Shown here: piece by piece, positions 31,246-40,000 of the stretch
How the letters are laid out: the number at the start of each line of letters is the position of its first letter
How positions within the stretch are numbered: position 1 is the first letter of the stretch
NCBI GenBank assembly: GCA_028864975.1
Contig: JAGWLG010000013.1
Span: forward strand, 2,618 to 66,617
Length of the DNA: 64,000 bases
Direction of reading: 5' to 3'
DNA from: Thermoplasmata archaeon
GTDB taxonomy: Archaea; Thermoplasmatota; Thermoplasmata; Lutacidiplasmatales; UBA184
The notes under the pieces: model-generated
What the model was told of the DNA's origin: nothing
Database searches by the model: none
Seen by the model: the letters and a program-made list of their open reading frames with translations, nothing else
Program-made: the position numbers and the translations under genes

Positions 31246-31947
31246 ATGCCACAACTTCGTGTCGAGCTCCAGCTCCCCCCTTCGTTCTGGCTGACCCGGC
31301 TCAGCCAGGGCTTCTCTGAAACCTCGTTCTGGGTCGTCGCGCTCCAGCGCCATCGCTCTGGCATCGCGGTCGCCCTCCTTTCGGGCTCGGGATGGCCTCC
31401 CGGGGCGGTCACCTCTTTCCTGGAGAAGCACCCGGACGTCGTCCGGGTGCGGGCCCTCGAGCGGAGCCGCTCCACGACCATGCTCCGCGTCCGTTACCGG
31501 CGGCCGGTCCTCGTCCCGATCCTGGAAGAGATCGGGCTCCTCCCGCGCTTCCCGTTCGCCGTACGCTCGGGGGTGGCGTACTGGGAGATCCTGGGCGTCG
31601 AGCGCGCTTCGCACGGCATGATCCGGGTCCTCGAGCACCGACTACCGGGGAGCCGGGTGCGTTCCATCTCCTCCACCCCCACCTTCCCTTCCAGGACCCA
31701 GTTCACGCCCCGGCAGGAGCGGGCCTTCGAGCGCGCGCTCGCGCTCGGGTACTATGACTTTCCTCGCAGGATCACCCTCACTGACCTCGCAGAGACGCTG
31801 GGGGTCGACAAGGGGAGCCTCTCCGTTATGCTGGTCCGCATCGAAGCGCTCCTGGCCGACCACTGGAGGTCGACCGCATCGCTCCCCCGGCCCTGGGTCC
31901 CCATGGCCCCGAGACGCAGACGCAGCCGAGGGCGCGCTCCACGCTGA
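31246..31947 (+). CDS. HTH_10 (bacterio-opsin activator-type) DNA-binding protein
   Basis: 233 aa. The C-terminal motif FTPRQERAFERALALGYYDFPRRITLTDLAETLGVDKGSLSVMLVRIEALL matches the archaeal Bat-type HTH. Confidence 0.8.
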   Translation: MPQLRVELQLPPSFWLTRLSQGFSETSFWVVALQRHRSGIAVALLSGSGWPPGAVTSFLEKHPDVVRVRALERSRSTTMLRVRYRRPVLVPILEEIGLLPRFPFAVRSGVAYWEILGVERASHGMIRVLEHRLPGSRVRSISSTPTFPSRTQFTPRQERAFERALALGYYDFPRRITLTDLAETLGVDKGSLSVMLVRIEALLADHWRSTASLPRPWVPMAPRRRRSRGRAPR

Positions 31948-32065
31948 CCGATCGCCTTGGCTCCAAAGCGCTCCGAGGAGAATCTCACAGGACCCGGAGA
32001 TCCGAGGGGGCCCGGAGATCCCCCCGATAGGCTTGCGAGGCGGAACGGCGAGGGCCACGACCCGG

Positions 32066-32341
32066 TCAATACCGGAAGGTGACGACACGGCACTCGTCGC
32101 ACCGAAACCCTTCCATCCGGGGCGCCATTCGGCCGACCCCCAACGCCACGACAGGACGATCGCTGAACAGGTCCCAGCGCCCGGACCCATCCTCCCAGGC
32201 GGGGGCGAAGACTCCAATGAAATTGGAGGTCCGACAGACCGTCAGCGAGCCCGAGCTCATGACTACGCCGCAGGCAGGACACTTCGGAGCTCCGGACAAG
32301 AACGGGAGCGGCTTGCCGGCGAATGGCCACTCGTGCAACAA
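32066..32341 (-). CDS. Small zinc-ribbon protein
   Basis: 91 aa with CPACG...FRCDECRVVTFRY. The split CxxC pairs flank a beta-rich insert, as I recall for a small zinc-ribbon DUF family (assignment from memory). Confidence 0.55.
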   Translation of the reverse strand: MLHEWPFAGKPLPFLSGAPKCPACGVVMSSGSLTVCRTSNFIGVFAPAWEDGSGRWDLFSDRPVVALGVGRMAPRMEGFRCDECRVVTFRY

Positions 32342-32539
32342 GACCGTTTCGGCCCCAGCTATCTGGCGGCCTTCTGCTTGGGTGATCGAAGGACAAAGCT
32401 CGCCGAGGCGATCAAGGTGAAGAAAGGGGCGTCCCTCGGTGCCGGGACCTTCGCCGCCCGTCTCCTACGAAGTGGGCCAGCGGTGCGTCAGGCTCGTCCC
32501 CTAACCTCCCCTACGAGGCGAGCCTTGCGTCGAGGGTGT

Positions 32540-32863
32540 TCAGAGCGCCCGAGTGTGCATTCCTTCGAACCGCCGATACACCGTCCCTCTGGGACCGATG
32601 ACCCAGAACTCGACCTTGGCGTTGTCGAAACGGTAGATTGCTCGCCAACCCAGAGGGTAGCCCGGACGAACGCCGAACTTCACCCGCCAGAACCCGGGGT
32701 GGTGGACCAGCCGTTTCACCACGGGCGGGGGAGGTGGATGAAGCGGGTCGCGGCAGACGCGGCGGCGCAGCTCGTTCAGTTCACGCTGGAGCGAGGGGTC
32801 CACCTTCGCGAGCCCGTCGAACTCCTCGGCCGCGGCGTAGACGAACTCGAAAGGGATGCTCAC
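32540..32863 (-). CDS. relE: RelE/ParE-family toxin
   Basis: 107 aa. FWRVKFGVRPGYPLGWRAIYRFDNAKVEFWVIGPRGTVYR is a typical RelE core. It has a 4-nt overlap with the upstream antitoxin gene. Confidence 0.8.
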   Translation of the reverse strand: MSIPFEFVYAAAEEFDGLAKVDPSLQRELNELRRRVCRDPLHPPPPPVVKRLVHHPGFWRVKFGVRPGYPLGWRAIYRFDNAKVEFWVIGPRGTVYRRFEGMHTRAL

Positions 32864-33156
32864 ACCACGAGGCCGTTGCGGCGCGTCACTTCCTCACCAG
32901 GAATGCGCGGCTGGTGCGCGCGGCGTTTCAGTTCGGAGCGCAGGCGTGGGGAGAGGCGACCCTTCTCAAGGGCGGCGTCGTCCGAGCCAGAGAAGGTGAA
33001 GAAGCTCGTGCGCTCCTTGAGCACCCGCGCGACCTCCTCGCGGCTCTTGCCTGAGATCGCGACCGAGACCACCTCGTCGTAGGTGGCCCCCGCGGGCTTG
33101 AGCTCCGCTAGCCGCCGGGCCGTCTCCGTCGAGACCTGGATCGTCGTGGTCGCCAT
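32860..33156 (-). CDS. Antitoxin (partner of RelE-like toxin)
   Basis: 98 aa. MATTTIQVSTETARRLAELKPAGATYDEVVSVAI is an antitoxin-type N-terminal DNA-binding segment. It is translationally coupled to 32540..32863. Confidence 0.7.
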   Translation of the reverse strand: MATTTIQVSTETARRLAELKPAGATYDEVVSVAISGKSREEVARVLKERTSFFTFSGSDDAALEKGRLSPRLRSELKRRAHQPRIPGEEVTRRNGLVV

Positions 33157-33173
33157 CCAAGAACCCAGGCAGG

Positions 33174-33188
33174 CTATAGTCCTTATAG
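33174..33188 (-). promoter_or_regulatory. Tandem TATA-like boxes upstream of the relBE-like operon
   Basis: The plus-strand sequence ctatagtccttatag reads CTATAAGGACTATAG on the minus strand, centred about 20-29 nt from the ATG at 33156. Confidence 0.45.
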
Positions 33189-33593
33189 TTTATCGACGCT
33201 GGCCCCACGCTCACCACGGGGCCCTCCCGAGGGGCGCCAGGCAGCGGAGCTCTGACGGCAGAGCTCCCCCTACGGGCTCTTCGGCGGTGGATGTCTGGCA
33301 GATCCCCGACGGAGAGGTCCCGGGGAGCGACACCGGGGTGAGCCTTGGGATGGCCCAGGTGATGGTCTCCTTTCATCTCGAAGGAGTTGGGACCCCCGGC
33401 CAGCGTCGTCTGGCCGAGGCGAGGGTCGAGTTCTCCGGAGGGACATGAGCCGACCCGACGACCGATGGCTCGGCCCCCCGGATGCCGTTCTTCTCCTCGA
33501 GGAACGGCACCGAACCGACCCCCTTCACCTCCCTTGGGCTGGGGCGGACCCACAAGCCGAGCGGTTTGAGTCCCCCGCCAAGCGTACTGCAGG

Positions 33594-34001
33594 TCACCGC
33601 CCCACATGTTGCTCGACCCATCGCAGGACACGCTCGGCCTGGGCCAGGGCACGTTCGGCTTCATCGGCGGAGAGTCCGTCTCCCCCATACTCCACCCGAT
33701 TCTTGAGGTCCAGAACGGAGAGCACCCGCCGCGTGACCACTTCCAGCCCCTCGGTCGGAGCGTCTTTCATCAACCGAACGACGTCTCGGTGGTCCTCCCC
33801 CTTGTTCCTGAGGCCGAGCTTGCGTACGGTGAACGCGTCGCAGGCGGAGATGACGGCGTGTATCGCGGCCAGTCCTGCGCCTGAATACCGTAGGTCTTCG
33901 AGCGCCCATCGAGCCATCCCCTCAAACTCACGAGCTTTGGACAGGTAGTTCGTCGACTCTCTGGAGGCGACCTGCTCGGTCCTGGGGGGAGGTCGTGTCA
34001 T
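33594..34001 (-). CDS. hepT: HEPN-domain toxin (HepT-like)
   Basis: 135 aa with the Rx4-6H motif in LRNKGEDHRDV and a helical composition. It has a 4-nt overlap with the upstream MNT gene. Confidence 0.85.
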   Translation of the reverse strand: MTRPPPRTEQVASRESTNYLSKAREFEGMARWALEDLRYSGAGLAAIHAVISACDAFTVRKLGLRNKGEDHRDVVRLMKDAPTEGLEVVTRRVLSVLDLKNRVEYGGDGLSADEAERALAQAERVLRWVEQHVGR

Positions 34002-34591
34002 GACGATCTCAGCAGGTCCACGCCCTCGCGCTCCACGCTCTCCAAGAAGCTCGGGCTGATGCGCCCATGAAGGTCATCTCGGGTCACGATCAGCGGAGCC
34101 AGGACGAGGCCGTATCGATCCCGGATCTTCTGGCGGACCGGAAAGAGCAGGTCCTCCACGCCTTGGCGATCGGACGCCCGTCGAAGTTCGATGAGGATGT
34201 CCACGTCGCTCCAGCCTTTCTCAGTCCCGCGAGCCACGGAACCGAACAGCAGGGCCCGCCGCACCCGTGGGGAGCGCAGGCCCTCCGTCAGCTCCCTCTT
34301 GAGCTCGCTCTCCAGGGCCTCCTCGGCTCGGAAGAGGGCGCGAAGAGGCCCGAGGAGGGCATTCTTCGGCTCAAGCGTCCATTGATGAATGCGACCCACG
34401 ACCCGACGGTCGATCACCCCCTCGCCTTCGAGAAGCGCCAACGCACCCTGAACATGGGAGAGAGCCAAACGACCGCTGCGAGCCAATTCGGGAGCGGTGA
34501 ACGGCTCCCCCGGGGATCGCGTCAGCACTCGGAGAACATGGAGGGTACCTTTCCCCCTCAGGAGATCATCCAGTGGGCGGTGAACTCTCAT
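33998..34591 (-). CDS. mntA: wHTH plus minimal nucleotidyltransferase (MntA-like antitoxin)
   Basis: NTase motifs are LLFGSVARGTEKGWSDVDILIEL, and the N-terminal winged helix is LHVLRVLTRSPGEPFTAPELAR. The ATG at 34591 is used (the track start at 34594 is a TTG). Confidence 0.88.
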   Translation of the reverse strand: MRVHRPLDDLLRGKGTLHVLRVLTRSPGEPFTAPELARSGRLALSHVQGALALLEGEGVIDRRVVGRIHQWTLEPKNALLGPLRALFRAEEALESELKRELTEGLRSPRVRRALLFGSVARGTEKGWSDVDILIELRRASDRQGVEDLLFPVRQKIRDRYGLVLAPLIVTRDDLHGRISPSFLESVEREGVDLLRSS

Positions 34592-34600
34592 CAACCTGGA

Positions 34601-34622
34601 TATAGGTCGTACAACCTATAAA
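34601..34622 (-). promoter_or_regulatory. Palindromic TATA-containing promoter/operator candidate of the mntA-hepT operon
   Basis: The sequence tataggtcgtacaacctata is a perfect 7-bp-arm palindrome (TATAGGT / ACCTATA). The minus-strand TTTATAGG box is centred about 28 nt upstream of the ATG at 34591. Confidence 0.5.
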
Positions 34623-34624
34623 GA

Positions 34625-35025
34625 GGTCGTAGGCGCCAAGGCGGATTCGAACGCCCGTAATGGCAGAGTTGTGGGCCCGCCGTACGACTTTCTATGATCG
34701 GGGACGAGGCACCAACTCAAGATGGCGCGCGCTACCCGCGCTCGCCTTCGCGTGGTCGTGCCGCCCCCCAGGATCCTACGGACCTGTGGGCGCGGGCAAG
34801 GTTGCGCACGCGGTCCCGCGCCTCGGGCGGGGCCCGCACGCTACAGCGGGAAGCGCGCGGGCTTGTGTTCATCGGGACGGACAGACCGAGAAGAACGCCT
34901 CTCGATCGCGATGGGGCTCGCCCTGGGGTGTTCAACCATCGAGCGTGGGGCCCTTTCCCTCTCCTCGGGCCGGTCCCTGGGGGTGGTCGGCGAGGGGCCG
35001 GGGCCAGCGCGTGGGGTCCTGAGGC
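34625..35025 (-). ncRNA. Candidate structured non-coding RNA of unknown class (tRNA-like T-loop at its 3-prime end)
   Basis: This is a 437-nt gap between genes in which only Arg/Pro-rich junk ORFs occur. On the minus strand, 34656-34632 reads GGGCGTTCGAATCCGCCTTGGCGCC (a T-loop TTCGAAT plus an acceptor-like strand). A long-range inverted repeat links ccgccccccagg (34761-34772) and cctgggggtgg (34976-34986). I could not complete a cloverleaf, and the strand and ends are uncertain. Confidence 0.25.
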
Positions 35026-35031
35026 GCGCCG

Positions 35032-35493
35032 TCACGCGTTCGCCCGCATCGCGTCCTCGACCATCTCGAGGGCGAGCGCCACGTCCTCGGGGCCGTTCAA
35101 GGGAACCGTCGCCCAATCCGCCGAGGGACCCCTCGTCTTCACACGGTGGTCGAGGTTCCCTTCTGCCTTCAGTTCTTTGATCCGCTGCCGGATCAGCCGG
35201 ACATCCATGCGGCTGTCGCCATGGAAGTGGGCGATCTCTCGTCCCCCAACGAAGTAAGAGTGGCTGTCCCCGTACCTCGAGGGGCGCCGGGAGAGGTCCG
35301 CAAGGGCACACAGCCTCCGCTCCAAGTCTTCTCGAACCGTCATGTCCGCCGGGGAGAATACCGAACGCTCAGCATAGTCCTTCCCCGCCGCGAGCGGAAT
35401 CCCCCCATCCAGAGGTGTGTAGGAATCTGCCGATGGCGAGGGAAACCTCCAGGGAATTTCTGTGGCTGTGAGCCGATGGAGGGCACGCGTCAC
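35032..35493 (-). CDS. Hypothetical protein (luciferase-domain/DUF5519-like, from memory)
   Basis: 153 aa. The C-terminal half (SHSYFVGGREIAHFHGDSRMDVRLIRQRI) resembles that small family. Confidence 0.6.
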   Translation of the reverse strand: MTRALHRLTATEIPWRFPSPSADSYTPLDGGIPLAAGKDYAERSVFSPADMTVREDLERRLCALADLSRRPSRYGDSHSYFVGGREIAHFHGDSRMDVRLIRQRIKELKAEGNLDHRVKTRGPSADWATVPLNGPEDVALALEMVEDAMRANA

Positions 35494-35630
35494 CTGCTCC
35501 CCCGATACGAACCGCGGGGTGCCGAGGGCGGATCGGGGATCGAGCGAAGGCGCGGCCGCCCTGGAGTTCTTCCCCCGGTAGGGTCACCTGCGCAACAGCT
35601 AGATGAGGAGATGCGCGCTGCCCTCGACGA

Positions 35631-36803
35631 ATGTTCAAGGAGCTGAGCGAGCTTCGTCACATCGCTTCCTTCCGCCGGGTGTTCCTTCCGCTCTCAGCGA
35701 CCTTCTTCGTCTACACCTTCGGCTGGGGGATCGTCTCCCCCATCTTCTCGATCTACGTCAACCAGGTGACGGGCAGCCCCACGCTGACCGGCCTCGTCCT
35801 TTCCCTGACCACGATGGCCGGGATCTTCCTCAACATCCCGTTCGGCATCCTAGAGGACCGCCTCAACATGAAGAGGGTCCTCCAGGTGACCCTCCTGGCG
35901 TACGCGGGCCTCGCGGTCCTCTACCCCCTTGCCCACACCGTACCCTCGCTCATCGCACTCAGCATCGCCCGTGGAGTGGCCTCCTCCTTCCTGTGGCTGA
36001 CCTCCTGGGCCTACGTCCTCAGCTACGCGGAGAAGCAGGTCAAGGGGAAGGAGACCGGGTTCTTCTCCGACATGAACGACCTGGCCTCGGCGGTCTCCCC
36101 GGTGCTCGGAGGCTTCGTGGCGCTCCTTTCCTTCTTCCTTCCGTTCTACCTCCTGGCCGTCACCAGCCTCGCGGCATGCGGGATAGCGACCGCCTTCCTG
36201 CACGAGTCTCCCCCGCCTCAGCGCACACCTTGGCGGACCCAGGTGGATACGGTCGCCCGGTACTTCCGGGACCGGCGCTTCGTCAAGACGATCCTCCTGG
36301 TGGTGGTCTTCTACGCGATCATCAACGTCTACTACGGGTTCCTCGCGATCCTGCTCAATGGCGAGGGTCTCGGGTACGACGCCATCGGTGTCGTGCTGAC
36401 CGTGGCGCTGGCCCCCGCGGTCGCTCTCGAGGTTCCGATGGGCAATCTCGTCGACCGCATCGGCATCCGCCGCACGCTCGCCATCGCAATCGCCGCTACG
36501 GCGGGCACGGCGCTTCTCATCCCTTTCTCTGGCGACCTGTACTACGCTTTGGTGGTCGTCACGGCCTTCACGGTGAGCTACACCGCGATCTTCATCGCGC
36601 TCTACTCGCGAATGTCCGACGTGATGCAGAAGGACAAGGTCGCGATGACGGGGGCGATCGCGACCTTCAAGGACCTCGGGTACACTCTGGGGCCGCTGTC
36701 CGCGGGATTCCTTATCCCGGTGGTGGGCCTTCATGGGACGTTCCTGGGTGCGGGGGCAGCCTTCCTCGTGCTGCTGCCGCTCGCGCTCACGCTTCACGAC
36801 TAG
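35631..36803 (+). CDS. MFS transporter
   Basis: 390 aa with about 12 hydrophobic helices. The MFS loop motif region is GILEDRLNMKRV between TM2 and TM3. Confidence 0.9.
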   Translation: MFKELSELRHIASFRRVFLPLSATFFVYTFGWGIVSPIFSIYVNQVTGSPTLTGLVLSLTTMAGIFLNIPFGILEDRLNMKRVLQVTLLAYAGLAVLYPLAHTVPSLIALSIARGVASSFLWLTSWAYVLSYAEKQVKGKETGFFSDMNDLASAVSPVLGGFVALLSFFLPFYLLAVTSLAACGIATAFLHESPPPQRTPWRTQVDTVARYFRDRRFVKTILLVVVFYAIINVYYGFLAILLNGEGLGYDAIGVVLTVALAPAVALEVPMGNLVDRIGIRRTLAIAIAATAGTALLIPFSGDLYYALVVVTAFTVSYTAIFIALYSRMSDVMQKDKVAMTGAIATFKDLGYTLGPLSAGFLIPVVGLHGTFLGAGAAFLVLLPLALTLHD

Positions 36804-37046
36804 GGTCGCGGGCCGGTTCCGAGGCGGGTTCGGCCCGAAGCGGAGCGGCCAGGAAGGCCCGGACGACTCGAACTCCAGCCGCCAGAACCCGGGTGGTGGG
36901 CCAGGCGTTTCGCCGCGGTGGGGGGGGGCGGCTGAAGGGGGACGGCCTCGCGTTCGCCGTAGCTGCGACGGCGACGTTGCTCCTGGTGGTGGTCGCGAGA
37001 GGGCTCGGGCCCCGACGGGACCGAAGTGCGCTCGAGCGGTTCTGAA

Positions 37047-40000
37047 CTAGGCTCGGGAGGGCCTCGGAGCGAGGGCATCGGACGAAGGGCCGCGAGTGTA
37101 CCTCGCGTAGAGCCCCAGGGCGAGCGCCTCCACCATGAGGGCGAGCGCGATCGGCAGGAGCGGGGCGCCCATGAACGAGGGGCCGCTCCCTCCGAGGACG
37201 ACCTGGGTGATCCCCGTCGCGACCGAGGCCGGGGAGGCGGAGGACGCGCTCACCGCGAGGCTCGCGGTGCAGCTCGGGCCGCTGCCGGGGTTCCCGTTGG
37301 AGAGCTGGGGCTCGAAGCAGAAGCCGCCGGAGCCTCCTGACCCGCTCACGACGACCCAGTAGGTTCCCCAACCGCCGTACTGTCCCTGCGCCTGGGTGAA
37401 GAGCCCGATCTGGATCTGCGCGTTGGGGCCGTTCGCGGTCTGCTGGGCGCTCGAAATGCTGGGCGTGCCGCCCATCCCCGACCCCATCTGGAAGACGGGC
37501 TGGGTCCCGGAGACGGTTCCGTCGTTCTCGTAGACGTTGACGTAGTACCAGTTGTTCCACTGCGTCTGCGAGAGCGTGAACTGGAGGACCGTAGTCTGCC
37601 CCTGGTTGAGGGAGCAGCTCTTCACGCTCCCGAACGCGACGGAGTAGGTCGACCCCGCACAGGAGGCGGTGCCCCCCGAAGCGCTCGCGGTGATGGCGAC
37701 GGAGGAGGTCGCCGAGTGGCCGGCACTGTCCTTCGCCGTGAGGGTCGCGGTGAAGGTGCCCGCGCTGGCGTAGGTGTGCGAGGGGTTCTGGGCGCTGCTC
37801 GAGGCACCGTCGCCGAAGGCCCAACTGTAGGTGTAGGGCGAGGTCCCCCCGGAGGCTGAGCCCGAGAAGACCACCGCGAGAGGTGCGGTCCCGGAGGTCG
37901 GGGTCGCTGAGGCCGACGCGGTGAGCGGGTTGCCTCCGCCTCCTCCGCCCCCACCTCCACCCCCGCCGCCTGCGCACGCCGGGGAGCTTCCGGGGGCGCT
38001 GTTCTCGAGCTGCAGAACGAAACAGAAGCTTCCCGAGTCGCCCGCAGAGGCCTGGAGCAGGAACTCGTAGGTCCCCCAGCCCCCGTACTGACCGCTCGCC
38101 TGGACGTTCAAGTTCACGGATAGCGCGGCGTTCGGCCCGGCTTGGGACTGGGAGTTGGAAGTGGGCGTGGGAGCGCTGCCCATCGCGGCGTAGACCGTGA
38201 AGACCGGCTGGCTCCCGCTCACGGTCCCATCGGTCTCGTAAGCGTTGAGGTAGTACCAGTTGTTCCATTGGGACTGGGAGAGCGCGGCAGAGTAGAGCGC
38301 GCACCCGCCGGTGGGGGCCGAGCCGCTCACCTGGGTGCCGATGGAGATCGTGGTCGGTGTCGTGCAGCTGCTGCCTCCCCCTCCGCCACCCCCGCCGGAA
38401 GTGACCGTGATGGTCTGGACCTGCCCCTGGGCGGTGGCGCCCTTGCTGTCGGTCACGGTGAGGGTCGCGCTGTAGGTCCCGGCGCTCGTGTAGGTGTGCG
38501 AGGGGTTCTGCGCGGTGCTCGTCGCTCCGTCGCCGAAGGCCCAACTGTAGCTGTAGGGCGCGGTCCCGCCCGAGGCGGACCCCGCAAAGCTGACCGCGAG
38601 CGGTGCCGTACCTGAGAGCGGGTTCGCGGCCGTCGATGCGGTGAGCGGGTTGCCTCCTCCGCCGCCGCCTCCGCTCGACCAGGCCGAGGCGAGCGCTCCG
38701 ATGTCCGGGGTCCCGACCCCGGTCGCGGCGTCCCAGCCTACCCCGGCGGAGTACTGCCCGTTGCTGCCGGAGGTGATGTCGTGGAAGAGCGAGGAGTACG
38801 AGGAGCCCTTCGCGAGCGAATAGAGCGTGGGCGCGGCGAACCCGCTCGCCCCCGAGCTCTGGTAGATGAGGTCGAGCGCGGCCGCCCACATCGGGCAGGA
38901 GAGCGAGGTCCCCCCGATCTGCTGGCTCTGGCCGTTCGTGATGACGGGGACCCCGGTGTTCGGGTCCGCGTCCATCGCCACGTCAGGGTCTCCACGCTGG
39001 CCGCTCGAGCACTGGGAGGAAAGGCCCGGCATCCCGCTCTGCCAGGATGGAGGTGCGTCATTGGTGTCGCACCCGCCCCCCGTCCCCTGGTTGCTGGCGC
39101 AGTTCCAGACGGTCTCGCTCCCGTAGGCGTTCCCGCTGGGGGTGATGGAGGTCCCTCCGACCCCGAGCCCGTCGGGCTCGGCCGCGGGGTAGTCCACGGC
39201 CGCGCACGCGTCTCCGGAGGACGCGAGGAGCGTGACGCCCGCCGACATGGCCGACTGCCATATCGAGTGGTAGGGCCCTCCGCCGCCCCAGCTGTTCGAC
39301 CCGAAGCCCAGGTGCCAGGCCTGCGCGTTGTTGACGAAGGTCTGGTCGCAGACGGAAGGGTCGTTGTTGTCGAGACAGACGTAGAGGGTGGCGCCCGGGG
39401 CGATCACGTGGGCCCACTGGATGTCGAGGTCCGTCTCTCCGCCCCATCCCTGGTTCCCCGGGGAGCAGGTGGTTGCCCCTGAGCCCACATAGTTCACCGT
39501 TGCCGAAGGGAGCCCGTACTGGGAATCGAACTGGTTGAGGTCGCTCGTGTAGGTGCTCGTGCCCTCCGAGGGGTCGCACATCTCGGCGAGCCCGATGGCC
39601 CACGCCGAGCCCGTGTCGCCTCCGCTGATCAGGCTCGCCGCGTCGTAGAACCCGCGCATCGTGGCGGGCGAGGTCGAGGCCGCGACGATCCCCGGGACCA
39701 CATGGAAGTCCGGGTGGGCGAGGTCGAACTGGTTCAGTCCATGGAAAGCGAGCACCGCTCCCGCGAGCGACGCCGGAAGCGAGGGTGCCCCCGAAGGCGC
39801 CATGCCGCTCTTCGTCCCGAGCTGGTAGTTGGTGAGGGTGAGATGGAGCGCCGCGTCGACCTGTCCCGCGCTGCCGCTCACACGGTAGAGCAGAGGCCCG
39901 TCCGTCGGGGTCACCGTGAGGCCCTTTTGGGCAAGGTAGGTCGTGAGCCCGTTCACCTGAGAGGCCGACGGGCCGAAGTCGGAGACGAACCGGTCGAGGG

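Noticed and set aside
31993-32021. A short direct repeat, cccggagatcc, present twice and separated by 7 nt.
   Set aside because: It is only 11 nt with two copies, and it has no association with a recognisable element.
33200-33450. A HicA-like toxin remnant on the minus strand (…FEMKGDHHLGHPKAHPGVAPRDLSVGDLPDIHRRR…).
   Set aside because: There is no plausible start codon and no stop at the expected end, the neighbouring frames look frame-shifted, and no HicB partner is present. At best it is a decayed pseudogene, and the similarity is judged by eye only.
34631-34727. A tRNA gene (minus strand) suggested by a GTTCGAATC T-loop, an acceptor-like pairing GCGCCA/TGGCGC and a CAT triplet in a loop.
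   Set aside because: The T-stem has two central mismatches. Position 8 would be C. No anticodon stem pairs in any register I tried, and the span is 97 nt. I report it only as an unclassified ncRNA candidate.
34625-35025. RNase P RNA or SRP RNA in the structured gap (GGGAAAGGGCCCC and AUAGAAAGUCGUACGG vaguely recall the CR-I/CR-V motifs).
   Set aside because: The universal GGAAAGUCC and ACAGAA..GGCUUA motifs are not actually present, and I found no SRP helix-8 GGAA/AGCA motif. The resemblance is too weak without a covariance-model scan.
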